A DNA stretch of 64,000 nucleotides from an uncultured Candidatus Peribacteria bacterium (GCA_964423795.1 CAYRGC010000005.1:316-64315); one strand, 5' to 3'; shown: positions 30,812-40,483, numbered from the stretch's first letter. Made by a program: numbers and translations. The notes: generated by a model from the letters alone, not told the origin.

Positions 30812-30876
30812 TGCGCAATCATACGACAAAGCGAAACGGCAGTGGCTATTTTGCGAGTACCTTTTATCATTGATCC

Positions 30877-31701
30877 ATGCGCCTTCCCCGCCGTCCGCTC
30901 TTCTGGATCCTCGCGATCGCCTGCCTGCCGGTGATCGCCTATGCGCTCCTCCTGCTCACGACCCGTCCCCGCGGCGACCGTCTCTGGGCGGATGACCAGG
31001 CGAGGGCCGCGACCGTGGAGACGAAAGGCAACCTCGTCATCGTGCACGATCTCCGGGACTTCCAATACGTCGGGACGACGAAGGTGGTGCAGCAGTTCCG
31101 CGATCAGACGTACGACGCGGACAAGATCATGGACGTGTCGTTTCTCACCTCCCCGTTCAAGACGCTGCCGTCCGCCGCGCACACGTTCTTCAGCTTCCGC
31201 TTCGATAGCGGGCAGACGCTCGCCGTCTCGGTGGAAGCGCGCCGCGAGAAGGACGAGGCGTACAGCACCTGGAAAGGAGCCCTGCGACAGTACGAGCTTT
31301 TGTACGTGTGGGGGACCGAGCGAGACCTGGTGCGCCTGCGCGCCGTGGCGCGCGAGGACAAGATCGAGATGTTCAAGACGGCGCTGACGCCCGCGCAGGG
31401 CAAGGCGCTTCTCCTGGCGCTCGCGCGGCAGAGCGAACAGGCACGGACATCGCCCCGCTTCTACAACACACTCGTCTCCAACTGCACCACAGAGGCTTTC
31501 CGCGCCCTCAACGCGGCGCTCGGGACCTCGCTGCCGACGTGGGGAACACGCATGATCCTCTCCGCCAAGACCCCCGAGACGCTGGCGGAAGCGGGTCTCA
31601 TCAAGGACACGATCGACCACGCGAAGGCGGACAAGACCGCGACGATCCGTTCGATCTCGAACGACGCTAAATTCTCCGAACGCCTCCGGCAGGCGAATTA
31701 A
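30877..31701 (+). CDS. DUF4105-family membrane-anchored protein
   Basis: An N-terminal TM segment, then HTFFSFRFDSGQTLAVSVEARREKDEAYS..YELLYVWGTERDLVRLR..YNTLVSNCTTE, the typical DUF4105 pattern. Confidence 0.72.
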   Translation: MRLPRRPLFWILAIACLPVIAYALLLLTTRPRGDRLWADDQARAATVETKGNLVIVHDLRDFQYVGTTKVVQQFRDQTYDADKIMDVSFLTSPFKTLPSAAHTFFSFRFDSGQTLAVSVEARREKDEAYSTWKGALRQYELLYVWGTERDLVRLRAVAREDKIEMFKTALTPAQGKALLLALARQSEQARTSPRFYNTLVSNCTTEAFRALNAALGTSLPTWGTRMILSAKTPETLAEAGLIKDTIDHAKADKTATIRSISNDAKFSERLRQAN

Positions 31702-31829
31702 AGGCGCGCGGTGAGCGTGCTCGACAGCGCGAGACACACCGTCGCGACGAAGACCCAGATGCCGAGCGCACGCCAGACAGCGGCGTCGGCAAGAAATTCT
31801 TTGAACGTGGGTTTGCGTTGGGTATTCAT
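31698..31829 (-). CDS. small membrane protein (43 aa; below the track cutoff)
   Basis: Manual translation gives MNTQRKPTFKEFLADAAVWRALGIWVFVATVCLALSSTLTARL*, with one clear TM helix. It is preceded by a near-consensus promoter. Confidence 0.4.
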   Translation of the reverse strand: MNTQRKPTFKEFLADAAVWRALGIWVFVATVCLALSSTLTARL

Positions 31830-31838
31830 GTTGTTATT

Positions 31839-31867
31839 ATTATACAATATTTTTAGATATATGTAAA
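31839..31867 (-). promoter_or_regulatory. near-consensus sigma-70 promoter
   Basis: On the minus strand: TTTACA (31867-31862), 17-nt spacer, TATAAT (31844-31839), then 9 nt to the ATG at 31829. It sits in the most AT-rich patch of the window. Confidence 0.55.
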
Positions 31868-31877
31868 TATCCTGCTA

Positions 31878-31913
31878 CCTCCATCCCTAGCCCTTCTTCC
31901 AAAGGAGGAAGGG
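31878..31913. repeat. family-C element
   Basis: cctccatccc tag cccttcttcc aaa ggaggaaggg. Confidence 0.7.
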
Positions 31914-31931
31914 AATTTCCGCTTCCGTGTA

Positions 31932-31971
31932 CCCCTCTCCTCCGGAGAGGGGCCCCGATGGGTGGAAGAGG
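31932..31971. repeat. family-C element abutting the M23 gene stop
   Basis: cccctctcc tcc ggagagggg ccccgatgggtggaagagg. On the minus strand it starts immediately after the TGA (31972-31974) as CCTCTTCCACCC... Confidence 0.7.
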
Positions 31972-33033
31972 TCACTCGAGGTACAGCAGCGGGTTCTTTT
32001 TGACGCCGTTCACGCGGACCTCGAAGTGGATGTGGATGCCGGTGGGCCCGTGGACGAGACCGGTATTGCCCATCCAGGCAACACGCTGACCACGGCTGAC
32101 CGTGTCACCAACCTTCACGTAGAGCTCCTTGTTGTGGCCGTAGAGCGTCACGAGTCCGTTGCCGTGATCGATCTCGATCACGTTGCCGTAACCGCCGTTC
32201 CACCCGAGATCCGCACGGATCACGGTGCCCGCCTCCGCGGCGAAGATCGGTCCGCCTCCGCGGGTCTGGATATCGAGCGCGTAGTGGCCGGGATGGAAGT
32301 TCTGGGTGATTTGGCAATTCTCGCAGGGCATCTGCAGCGTCGTCGCGGTGAGGACAGCGGCCGCGGCGGGGCCGGCGCCGGGATTCGCCGTCGCGGCCGC
32401 GGCGGCGGCAGGGGCGTTCGGGAGGTTCAGGCGCAGTTTGATCTCGCGCTGCGGCAAGCGGTCGACGAAGCGCAGTGCCTCGCTCGTCGCAAGCTCCGGA
32501 GAGATGGCGCCGATGGGCTTGCCGCCCGGGATGATGAGCTGTTGGCCCGCCACGATGTACCCGCCGCGCACGTGGTTCTGGCGGACGATCGCGTCCTGCG
32601 GGATGTCGTAGAGCTCGGCGATTTTCGAGAGCGTCTGTCCGCGACGCACAGTGTGCAGCACGCCGTTGACCGGGAGGATGATCAGATCCTGGCCCGGCTT
32701 GATGCCTTCGTCATCCTGAAGGCCGTTGGCCCAGCGGATCGTCTCCGTGGTGACGCCGTACTGGTTGGCGATCCGATCGAGCGATTCGCCTTCCTTCACG
32801 GTATGCACCATTCCCTCGCTATACGCGAGGCGCGACCCCTGCTCGCCCACCGAGGAAGTCTTCATCAGGAAACCGTCCTCCACGAAAAGGAACTGGCGGG
32901 AGGACGTGGTCATCTCCTCCGCGCCGAGCGCGGTGGTCGGCACGTAGGGGGGCAACAGGGCGGCGACGAGGAAAACCGCAGCCAGGAGGAGGCGCAGGCG
33001 CAACGCGATCCAGTGGAGGACGGGGGAGCGCAT
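31972..33033 (-). CDS. LysM-domain M23 family peptidoglycan endopeptidase
   Basis: Two LysM repeats (HTVKEGESLDRIANQYGV..; HTVRRGQTLSKIAELYDI..) and the M23 core HYALDI..GYGNVIEIDHGNGLVTLYGH..GNTGLVHGPTGIHIHFEV. Confidence 0.9.
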   Translation of the reverse strand: MRSPVLHWIALRLRLLLAAVFLVAALLPPYVPTTALGAEEMTTSSRQFLFVEDGFLMKTSSVGEQGSRLAYSEGMVHTVKEGESLDRIANQYGVTTETIRWANGLQDDEGIKPGQDLIILPVNGVLHTVRRGQTLSKIAELYDIPQDAIVRQNHVRGGYIVAGQQLIIPGGKPIGAISPELATSEALRFVDRLPQREIKLRLNLPNAPAAAAAATANPGAGPAAAAVLTATTLQMPCENCQITQNFHPGHYALDIQTRGGGPIFAAEAGTVIRADLGWNGGYGNVIEIDHGNGLVTLYGHNKELYVKVGDTVSRGQRVAWMGNTGLVHGPTGIHIHFEVRVNGVKKNPLLYLE

Positions 33034-33041
33034 GGGAAACG

Positions 33042-33971
33042 TCAGGCGCGAAGATCATCGAGCGCCCGGAGCACGACCTGCATGTCGACGTACCGGGCGG
33101 CGGAATTGAGCAGGACGACCAGGAATTCGCGTCCGTGCTCCTGCACGACGGACACGAGGCATTCGCCGGCACCCACCGTGGTACCCGTCTTGCCGGCGAC
33201 GACGGCGGTGTGCTTGTGAAGGAAGGCGTGCGTGTTCGAGAGCGCGACCGTGCGGCCTTCCTGGCTCACGATCTTGGCGTCGCTCATGGACATCCGCGCG
33301 CGGATCTCCGGAAAGCGCAGGGCGAAGGCGGCGAGCCACGCGATGTCGCGGGGCGTGGACCACTGGTTCTCGTTATCGAAGCCGATGGGATTCTCGAAGG
33401 ACGTATCCTGCAGCCCGAGCGCGCGGGCGCGCTGGTTCATCTTCTCGGCGAAGACGGGGATCGAGCCGCTGTCGAACGCCGCGAGGGTATAAGCGGCGTC
33501 GTTCGACGAGGAGATCAGCAACGCCGAGAGAAGATCGCCCACGGTGAAGGTGTCCCCCGCGGTGAGGTACCGCTCGCCGTCGAGCACGGTGGCCGCCTTG
33601 GGCACGGTGACGACCTCGTCCAGGGAATGATTCTCCACGACGAGCACGGCCGTCATGAGCTTGGCGAGGCTCGCGACCGAGCGCCTCTTGTCGACGTTGC
33701 GTCCGTAGAGCGGCTGGGCGCTCTGCAGATCCACCACCAGCACGCCGGAAGCGGTCATCCCCCGGCCGATATCAGCGAGGAGGGACCCGCCTTGGGACGG
33801 CGCGGGAAGCGCGACCGAGAGGTGATCGGCCGGGACTGCCGGGACATCGGGCAACTCCCACGCCGGAATCATCCCCATCATGAGGACAGAGAGGACAGCG
33901 GTGACCATCTGCCGGAATTGTAGCGCCGGAGAGGGATGCCGGGAAGCGTTCTCTTGATTTTTCTGCGTCAA
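33042..33971 (-). CDS. D-alanyl-D-alanine carboxypeptidase (S11, PBP5/6-like)
   Basis: SxxK (SLAKLMT), SxN (SSSNDAA), KTG (AGKTGTT). The track start is a TTG at 33971; an ATG at 33908 (MVTAVLSVLMMG) is an alternative. Confidence 0.87.
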   Translation of the reverse strand: MTQKNQENASRHPSPALQFRQMVTAVLSVLMMGMIPAWELPDVPAVPADHLSVALPAPSQGGSLLADIGRGMTASGVLVVDLQSAQPLYGRNVDKRRSVASLAKLMTAVLVVENHSLDEVVTVPKAATVLDGERYLTAGDTFTVGDLLSALLISSSNDAAYTLAAFDSGSIPVFAEKMNQRARALGLQDTSFENPIGFDNENQWSTPRDIAWLAAFALRFPEIRARMSMSDAKIVSQEGRTVALSNTHAFLHKHTAVVAGKTGTTVGAGECLVSVVQEHGREFLVVLLNSAARYVDMQVVLRALDDLRA

Positions 33972-34055
33972 AAACAGGTTCTGTCAAAATCATGGCGAGC
34001 CCTTCCGTCCGCCGAAAAGAGACGGCGGATGCCGCACGAACACCCTCATATCGGT

Positions 34056-35027
34056 TCACCGGAAGACCACGCGTCCGTTGAGGCGGAGATCGACGTACCG
34101 TTTAACCTCCTTCGTGCCGACGGCCTTGAGGAATGTGCGGTATCGCGCCAGCTGCTCGGCAAGCGGCGTCTTCACGTCGAACCAGAGGCTGAAACCGCCC
34201 ATGTCCAAGTGGTATTCCTGGCCGCGGACGTACACCGTCCTTCCCTTGCTCTGCTGTCCGAACTGCTCCGCGAGCGCGGTCTCCGTGTCGCGGATGCGCT
34301 GCAGGAACGCCGGGGAGAGGAGCGGGGTGTTCGGCACCGGGCGCACCGCCCAATCGACGATGGTGAGCGTGAGCAGGTTGCTGCCCGACTGCGCGCTCGG
34401 CGTGCTCACGTAGATCCCGTTCTCCGTGAGGTAGTCGTACTTCTGCACGGCGGCCTGCTGGAGCGCGGGATTGAAGAAACCGGCCCCCGAGCCCGCGGCG
34501 GGGGGCGGCGGAAGACCGGGGGCGACGGACGATTTTGCCCCCTCGATGAGCAGGCGGGCGACGACAGGCTTGAGCGTGACGCGCACGATGAGCTTGTGGG
34601 GGTAGGACTTGCGGATGCTGACCGTGTCCAAATCCGGGATCACTTCGCGCAGCGGTTCCGTGACGTCATGCGTGCCCACGAAGACCAGATGCTTGCCATA
34701 GACCGGCGTGAGCGCGGAGACGACCTGGCGCACGTCGACGCGCGTCTGGGTGCGCTGGATGGAGATCTCCCGCACCTCGAACATGGGCGAGAAGAGCGCG
34801 AACGCCACGGCGCCGACGACCGCGATGGCGATCCCGAAGGGGAACCACCTGCGCGTGAATTCCCAGGAGGACCGCGCGAACGCCGCGCCGCGTCTCGCGG
34901 TGCGCTTCCAGCGCTCGACGTTGCGCTTGCGCGCCTTCGCGTGCCGGCGCCGCACGAACGTGCGCGTCTGCGTACTCACCCGACGTCGGAATTGTCGCGG
35001 CAAAGGACGCCGCGGTCGTTCGAGCAT
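34056..35027 (-). CDS. ftsQ: cell division protein FtsQ (POTRA domain) with an Arg-rich N-terminal tail
   Basis: A basic cytoplasmic tail and a single TM segment (FPFGIAIAVVGAVAFALF). These are followed by a POTRA-like FEVREISIQRTQTRVDVRQV... and the C-terminal YVDLRLNGRVVFR typical of FtsQ/DivIB. Confidence 0.78.
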   Translation of the reverse strand: MLERPRRPLPRQFRRRVSTQTRTFVRRRHAKARKRNVERWKRTARRGAAFARSSWEFTRRWFPFGIAIAVVGAVAFALFSPMFEVREISIQRTQTRVDVRQVVSALTPVYGKHLVFVGTHDVTEPLREVIPDLDTVSIRKSYPHKLIVRVTLKPVVARLLIEGAKSSVAPGLPPPPAAGSGAGFFNPALQQAAVQKYDYLTENGIYVSTPSAQSGSNLLTLTIVDWAVRPVPNTPLLSPAFLQRIRDTETALAEQFGQQSKGRTVYVRGQEYHLDMGGFSLWFDVKTPLAEQLARYRTFLKAVGTKEVKRYVDLRLNGRVVFR

Positions 35028-35085
35028 CGGGGATTATCGTAGCAGACGGAACGACGAGGATCGGAAATGATAGCCGGATATCGAC

Positions 35086-35153
35086 GATGCCAAGGAATCC
35101 GAGGATATCGAGGATCCTCGGAATCTTCGGTTTCTTCGGAATCCTCGGTATCC
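35086..35153. repeat. family-B periodic-arm hairpin (9-nt unit)
   Basis: gatgccaagg aatccgagg atatcgagg atcctcgg aatcttcgg tttcttcgg aatcctcgg tatcc. The centre cgaggatcctcg is a perfect palindrome. Confidence 0.65.
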
Positions 35154-35162
35154 TTACTTCCG

Positions 35163-36263
35163 ATGAAACTCGCCCTCGTCGCGGACTGGCTGACGACCTT
35201 CGGCGGCGCCGAACACGTCCTGGAGGAGCTCCATGCCCTCTGGCCGGACGCGCCGATCCATACGAGCGTGGCGCGCCCCGAGGCGCTCGGCCCCCTCAAG
35301 GACGCCGACATCCGGGTCACCCGCCTGCAGCGGCTGTACCGTCTCACGGGAAAGCACCAGCTGCTCCTGCCGTTCCTGCCGCGGGCGATGGAAAGCATCG
35401 ACCTGCGGGGGTACGACGTGGTGCTGAGCTCGTCCCATGCCGTCGGCAAGGGAGTGATCCCGCCTCCCGCGGCGACGCACGTGTGCTACTGCCACACGCC
35501 CATGCGGTACGCCTGGGAGATGGAAGCGCAGTACCTCGACGACTTCGGCGTTCCCGGGTTCCTCCGCTCGCGCGCCCGCGCGCTCCTCTCGCGCCTGCGG
35601 CGCTGGGACCTCTCGACGGCGAAACGCGTCGACGCGTTCATCGCCAACTCTCGCGAGACCCAGGAGCGCATCGCGCGCATCTACGGACGGGCGTCGGTGG
35701 TGGCCAACCCGCCGGTGAACGATCGCTTCCTCGCGGCGCCCCTCTCCCCGCGGGGGCGACGCAAGGGATATCTCGCGATCGGGCGGCTCGTGCCCTACAA
35801 GCGCTTCGACCTGCTCGTGGAGTGGGCAAACGCGACGAAGAGCGACCTCACCATCGCCGGGCGCGGACAGGAGGAGAAGCGGCTTCGCGCCATGGCGGGA
35901 CCCACCGTGCGCTTCGCGGGCTTCGTAGCCGACCGCGATCTGCCCTCGCTCTACGGCGGCGCCGAGGCGCTGCTCTTCCCCGCGCACGAGGACGCCGGCA
36001 TCGTCCCCCTGGAGGCCCAGGCGAGCGGTACGCCGGTGATCGCGTACGGCCGGGGCGGGGCGCGCGACTCCGTGGAGGACGGGAAGACGGGTGTCTTCTT
36101 CGCCGAGCAGACCGTCGCGTCCGTCACGGACGCGGTACGGCGTTTCGAGGGTACGACCTTCGATCCCGCGACGGTGCGGCGCTGGGCCGAGCGGTTCTCG
36201 AGCGCCCGGTTCCGCGAGACGGTACGGGACGTGATGGAACGCGCTCGCGACCTCAAGCGCTGA
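35163..36263 (+). CDS. glycosyltransferase family 4 (GT-B fold)
   Basis: [19 protein letters not shown]..; C-terminal [35 protein letters not shown] (EX7E-type motif). Confidence 0.87.
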   Translation: MKLALVADWLTTFGGAEHVLEELHALWPDAPIHTSVARPEALGPLKDADIRVTRLQRLYRLTGKHQLLLPFLPRAMESIDLRGYDVVLSSSHAVGKGVIPPPAATHVCYCHTPMRYAWEMEAQYLDDFGVPGFLRSRARALLSRLRRWDLSTAKRVDAFIANSRETQERIARIYGRASVVANPPVNDRFLAAPLSPRGRRKGYLAIGRLVPYKRFDLLVEWANATKSDLTIAGRGQEEKRLRAMAGPTVRFAGFVADRDLPSLYGGAEALLFPAHEDAGIVPLEAQASGTPVIAYGRGGARDSVEDGKTGVFFAEQTVASVTDAVRRFEGTTFDPATVRRWAERFSSARFRETVRDVMERARDLKR

Positions 36264-36287
36264 CGCGGCGTTTCCCGGAGGGGTAGG

Positions 36288-37070
36288 ATGGAACCGATGC
36301 GTCGTCGACCGGATTCCCACAAGGGCGAGAACGGCAAGGTCGCCGTGATCGGCGGTTCCGCGCCGCAGCACGGCGCACCCCTCTTTTCCGCGCTCGCGGC
36401 GGAAGCCGGGGGAGCGGACCTGCTCTTCGTGCGCGTGCCGGCCTGCCACGCGCTCGTGGCGCGGACGGCGTCGCTCAACTTCCAGGTGACCCCGTTCGCC
36501 GGCGACGAATTCGCGCGGGCGGACCTGCGCTCCACGTTGGAGCTGCTCGCGACCGTCGACTGCGCGGTCGTCGGCCCCGGCATCGCCCGGGACGCGGCGA
36601 CGCTCGACGCGCTGCGAGAGCTCGTCCGCTCCGCCCCCTGCCCCCTCGTGCTGGACGCCTCCGCCCTGCAGCCCTGGACGCTTCAGGCGGCGAAGGGACG
36701 CGGCTGCGTCGTGACGCCCCACCTGGGCGAACTGGAACGCATGGGCATCGACCCCTCCGCGATCGCGGGAGCGGCCGCCGAGTACGGCGTCACCGTGCTC
36801 GCGAAAGGACCCGTCGACCGCGTGACCGTGGGAGACGGCACCGTAATCGACATTGAGGGCGGGGACCCGGGCCTCACGGTGGGAGGGACGGGCGACGCGC
36901 TGGCCGGCCTTGCGGCCTCGCTGCTCGCCCAGGGCATGACCGCTCCAGACGCGTGCGTCCTCGCCTCGCGCACGATCAAGCGCGCGGGCGTGATCCTGCG
37001 CGAGACGCGCGAGACATACGCGACCCGCGACGTGATCTCGCTCATCCCGGTCGTGCTGCGGCACGACTGA
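36288..37070 (+). CDS. nnrD: ADP-dependent NAD(P)H-hydrate dehydratase (YjeF C-terminal domain type)
   Basis: HKGENGKVAVIGGS.., VLDASAL, VTPHLGE, GGTGDALAG. Confidence 0.85.
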   Translation: MEPMRRRPDSHKGENGKVAVIGGSAPQHGAPLFSALAAEAGGADLLFVRVPACHALVARTASLNFQVTPFAGDEFARADLRSTLELLATVDCAVVGPGIARDAATLDALRELVRSAPCPLVLDASALQPWTLQAAKGRGCVVTPHLGELERMGIDPSAIAGAAAEYGVTVLAKGPVDRVTVGDGTVIDIEGGDPGLTVGGTGDALAGLAASLLAQGMTAPDACVLASRTIKRAGVILRETRETYATRDVISLIPVVLRHD

Positions 37071-37127
37071 ATCACCGCGGAAGGAATCGGGTTTGTGCGG
37101 CTCGTCTTTGCTCGTACACTGCCGCCG

Positions 37128-37781
37128 ATGCCGACCCGTTCCCGCGCCGTCTGGTTCCTCCCCGGTCTTGTGGCCGGCGTGCTGCTCGGTGCCTCGCTGC
37201 CCAAGAAGACGCCCTCCGTCGAGCCCCAACCGAGCGCGCTCGGATCGCTTATCGAGAAGCGTGTGCAAGAGCAGCAGGTGGAACCCGTCCGTTGCGGAGC
37301 GGAAGTCGATACGGAGGGATGGAAGACCTTCCGCGATGAGGGGCTCGCCGTGGAATTCCGGTACCCCCCGAGTTACGAACTCGCCGTCGACGGCGACACG
37401 ATGACGCTCTCTCCCTCCGACGGGAGTCCCGACGGAAAGATCGTCCTGGAAAAATTCCGCGGAGTGCCCCAGCGGGAAGTGACGAGGGACTGGCAGATGG
37501 CCTCCTGGAAAGTGGCCGATCGCAAGACCTTCGCCATGACGAGCGGCTACTTCAACGACGACGCGGGAAAACTGTGGTCGACCTACCTCTTCATCCGCGA
37601 TTTCCCCCTGGGCAACGGCGGCAGCTCATTCCCCATGGTCCGCGCGACCATCGCCTCGCCGATCACCGCCCAGGAATACGCCGCCGCCAGGCGGGCGGGA
37701 AACGTCGACTACGAGAGCCTGCTCACCCTCCCGGAACAGATCCTCTCCACGTTCCGGTTCCTCCAAAACGAGGAGCTGTGA
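37128..37781 (+). CDS. hypothetical membrane-anchored or secreted protein
   Basis: MPTRSRAVWFLPGLVAGVLLGASLP signal-anchor. I recognise no family. The track start is a GTG at 37095. Confidence 0.5.
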   Translation: MPTRSRAVWFLPGLVAGVLLGASLPKKTPSVEPQPSALGSLIEKRVQEQQVEPVRCGAEVDTEGWKTFRDEGLAVEFRYPPSYELAVDGDTMTLSPSDGSPDGKIVLEKFRGVPQREVTRDWQMASWKVADRKTFAMTSGYFNDDAGKLWSTYLFIRDFPLGNGGSSFPMVRATIASPITAQEYAAARRAGNVDYESLLTLPEQILSTFRFLQNEEL

Positions 37782-38148
37782 CGCCGGGGGAGCGAGGGTG
37801 TCGCCAAGAAGCGACAAACCAACCGGACTTGAGAAGGAGAAACAACCCCTTTTAGCGATTCTGAAGCATTTTCGGGGTGTGATCGAGTCCGGAAGATGGA
37901 ATGCGTTCTTGACGCCGTGTCAGGATCGATTGACTAGTTTTCACGACGTTTTCCCGGGAAAGAAGATGTGTCTCCGGGGGGATCGGAGTACCATCGCCCG
38001 AGTCTCAACGGCGCGTCAGGACTGGTACGTTTCTTCCTATCGCTTGCTCAGGGAGGCCTACTCTCCCCGGACCGAGGTCCGTGGATGCGGCCACCCACCT
38101 GGTTTCCAGGGACAAGCGTCCCCGTCCAACGGCCGTTTGGACGTGAGG

Positions 38149-38228
38149 AAGTTACGGGTCACGAGTTACGGGTTTCGGGAACTTGTGGATTCTCGTAACT
38201 CGTAACCCGCAACTCGTAACTCACGGGT
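38149..38228. repeat. family-B periodic-arm hairpin (heptamer agttacg / cgtaact)
   Basis: The left arm is gaagttacgggtcacgagttacgggtttcggg. The loop is aacttgtggattc. The right arm is tcgtaactcgtaacccgcaactcgtaactcacggg. Confidence 0.7.
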
Positions 38229-38245
38229 ATACTCTCCTGTCCATC

Positions 38246-39328
38246 ATGACAAATCTGAGAGACCGACTGGAGGCAATGCAGGCGCTGCTCGCCCCGTACG
38301 CGATCCCGCACGGCGGCAGGCTGGGGCGCGAAACGCCGGAGCCGGAGGACCCCACACGCACGCCGTTCCAGCGGGACCGCGACCGCGTGATCCACGCCGA
38401 CGCCTTCCGTCGCCTGCAAGGCAAGACGCAGGTCTTCCTAGCGGGGGAGGGCGACCACTTCCGCACGCGCCTCACGCACACCATGGAGGTCGCCCAGATC
38501 GCGCGGGACATCGCGAGGACGCTCCGGCTCAACGAGGACGTCGCAGAGACGATCGCGCTGGCGCACGACCTCGGCCACCCGCCCTTTGGCCACCGGGGGG
38601 AGCAGGCGCTCGACGCGTGGCTGCGCGCGCACGGGAGCTCCTTCGAGCACAACGCCCAGTCCCTCAGGATCGTGACGCTCCTGGAGGAGCACGCGGCCGG
38701 CGTTCCCGGCCTCAACCTGAACCGCGAGATCCTGGAGGGGCTCCAGAAACACGTGGAGACGGACCGCCCCGGGGGTCGCTCGCTGAGCATCGAGGCGCAG
38801 GCGGTGAACGTCGCCGACGAGATCGCCTACTGCGCCCACGACTGCGACGACGGACTGCGCGCCCGCCTCTTCACCCGCGAGGACCTGCTGCGGGCGGGGA
38901 TCGCACGCCGTGCGGCCGAGCACGCGGAAGCGAGAGGCACCTCGCTGCGCGGCGCGCTCATCCATCTCCTCCTGGAGGACCTCTACGTAGAGACGGCGAA
39001 GCGCCTGCGGAACGTCGCGAGCGTCGAGGACGCGGAGAGCAACCGAGCGCCGCTCGTCGGTTTTTCCGAAGGCACCACGCGCGACCTCTCCGTCCTTAAG
39101 ACGTTCCTCTGGGACCGCATGTACTCTCACGAGCGCGTGACCGCCGCGAGCGAGGCGGGACAAGGCGTGATCGAGGAGCTCTGCGACCGATATCTCACGT
39201 CGCCGCCCGCGAAGGTGCTCGAGCTGCAACGGCGCACCGGAAGCTCGCTCCCCGACGCGGTGAAAGACTACGTCGCGGGGATGACCGACGGCTTCGCCGT
39301 GGAGTCTCTGGGAGCGATGGGCGGTTAG
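38246..39328 (+). CDS. dgt: dGTPase-family HD-domain triphosphohydrolase
   Basis: TPFQRDRDRVIHADAFRRLQGKTQVF..DHFRTRLTHTMEVAQIAR..ALAHDLGHPPFGH. The ATG at 38246 is preceded by TATACT (38228-38233). Confidence 0.88.
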   Translation: MTNLRDRLEAMQALLAPYAIPHGGRLGRETPEPEDPTRTPFQRDRDRVIHADAFRRLQGKTQVFLAGEGDHFRTRLTHTMEVAQIARDIARTLRLNEDVAETIALAHDLGHPPFGHRGEQALDAWLRAHGSSFEHNAQSLRIVTLLEEHAAGVPGLNLNREILEGLQKHVETDRPGGRSLSIEAQAVNVADEIAYCAHDCDDGLRARLFTREDLLRAGIARRAAEHAEARGTSLRGALIHLLLEDLYVETAKRLRNVASVEDAESNRAPLVGFSEGTTRDLSVLKTFLWDRMYSHERVTAASEAGQGVIEELCDRYLTSPPAKVLELQRRTGSSLPDAVKDYVAGMTDGFAVESLGAMGG

Positions 39329-39408
39329 CGATCGGCGATTGGAAAAAGGACGACAGAGGATCTGCCTGTACCTCTTTCCTCTCATCACCAATCACTCGTC
39401 GCTCCTCA
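39324..39408. repeat. family-B-like imperfect hairpin between convergent dgt and M23 genes
   Basis: gttagcgatcggcgattgg ... ctcatcaccaatcactcgtcgctcctcac. The right arm has a 7-nt period, and both stop codons are embedded in the arms. Confidence 0.5.
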
Positions 39409-40416
39409 CTGCAAGGAGGGCAGATACGGCACCGCATCGATCGCCTTGCCGCCGACGTAGAGGCCGAAGTGCACGTGGGGACCCGTGGAGAATCCCGCTC
39501 CGGGCGTGCCGGGCATGCCGCCGGAAAAGCCGATGGCGTCGCCCGCGGCGACGAACTGCCCTGGCTTCACCGAGAACTTGGACAAGTGGCCGTAGAGCGT
39601 GGCGAATCCGCCCGGGTGCTCGATCGTGACGTAGTTGAAGCCGAGACCGTGATCGACCACGTCTTTCACCGTGCCGCTTGCGGCGGCGCGGACGATGGTG
39701 CCCTGATCCGTCGGGATATCGATGCCGAAGTGCTTGAACTTGAAGCGCTGCTCATACCCCGAATCGAGGAAGGTCGCGGAAAGTCCGTGCAACGGATCGA
39801 CCGGCCAGGCAAGCACGATCTGCGCGCCCTGCGCGAGCTGGCTCTTGCCAAGCTCGACGCCGCGCCCGTCGGCTTCCCAGATCTGGTGCAGCGTCCCCAG
39901 CAGGAACTGCTCGGCCCTCTTCTCGTCCTGGAGGAGCGTAAGCAAGAGACGCGTGCTCTGGCGGAACTGCTCCTCGAGGCTCTCGTCGACGACGTCGCCG
40001 AGCTTCGCGCGCTGCTCCTTGAGCACCTCGAGCTCGTAGCGGATCACGTCCTCGCGTTCGCGCAGGAGCTGCTGCGCGGCGCGCGCCTCCATGGCGCGGC
40101 TCTGCGCGGTGGCGAGCTGCATCGCGAGCGAGGCGTCGATCGAACGGGAGGAGCTGCTGGCGGCGACGGGCGCGACGGGATGCTCGTCAATCTGCGTCGG
40201 GACGACGGACGGGAATCCATCCTCGTCCGAAACGGGCGAGGGAATCGCGGGGACGGCGACGGGAGACGAAGAAGACGATGAAGCCGCGATGAGCTGCGCC
40301 GCGGGGGCGACCATCGAGGCCGTGTTCTCGCTGAAGAGCACCGTCGCCCAACCGCTCGCCGCGGCGAGGAACAGGAACAACGTGCCGGGCCGAGGAATAT
40401 GGATGTCGATGTGCAT
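39406..40416 (-). CDS. M23 family peptidase with coiled-coil region (EnvC-like)
   Basis: An N-terminal anchor and a coiled coil (..REDVIRYELEVLKEQRAKL..). The M23 core is FKHFGIDIP..GFNYVTIEHPGGFATLYGH..GPHVHFGLY. Confidence 0.88.
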   Translation of the reverse strand: MHIDIHIPRPGTLFLFLAAASGWATVLFSENTASMVAPAAQLIAASSSSSSPVAVPAIPSPVSDEDGFPSVVPTQIDEHPVAPVAASSSSRSIDASLAMQLATAQSRAMEARAAQQLLREREDVIRYELEVLKEQRAKLGDVVDESLEEQFRQSTRLLLTLLQDEKRAEQFLLGTLHQIWEADGRGVELGKSQLAQGAQIVLAWPVDPLHGLSATFLDSGYEQRFKFKHFGIDIPTDQGTIVRAAASGTVKDVVDHGLGFNYVTIEHPGGFATLYGHLSKFSVKPGQFVAAGDAIGFSGGMPGTPGAGFSTGPHVHFGLYVGGKAIDAVPYLPSLQ

Positions 40417-40483
40417 GTATCGCGACAGTATACCAAAAAACCAGCTCCGGCTCCATGCCTGGGGACCGTGAAACGCGGTAATG

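Noticed and set aside
29469-31701. Integrated genomic island at tRNA-Asp
   Set aside because: The att-like repeats are only 100-150 nt apart. No integrase, excisionase or phage/conjugation gene lies within or beside them. I kept the repeat array as a finding but not as an island call.
35154-37268. 704-aa minus-strand ORF
   Set aside because: It lies antisense to the GT4 and nnrD genes, both well supported on the + strand.
37782-38148. SRP RNA, RNase P RNA or tmRNA
   Set aside because: The diagnostic conserved motifs are absent on both strands. They are the GGAA tetraloop with AGCAGCC for SRP, GAGGAAAGUCCGGGC and ACAGAACCCGGCUUA for RNase P, and the tRNA-like T-arm plus CCA for tmRNA. The region is reported only as an unidentified candidate.
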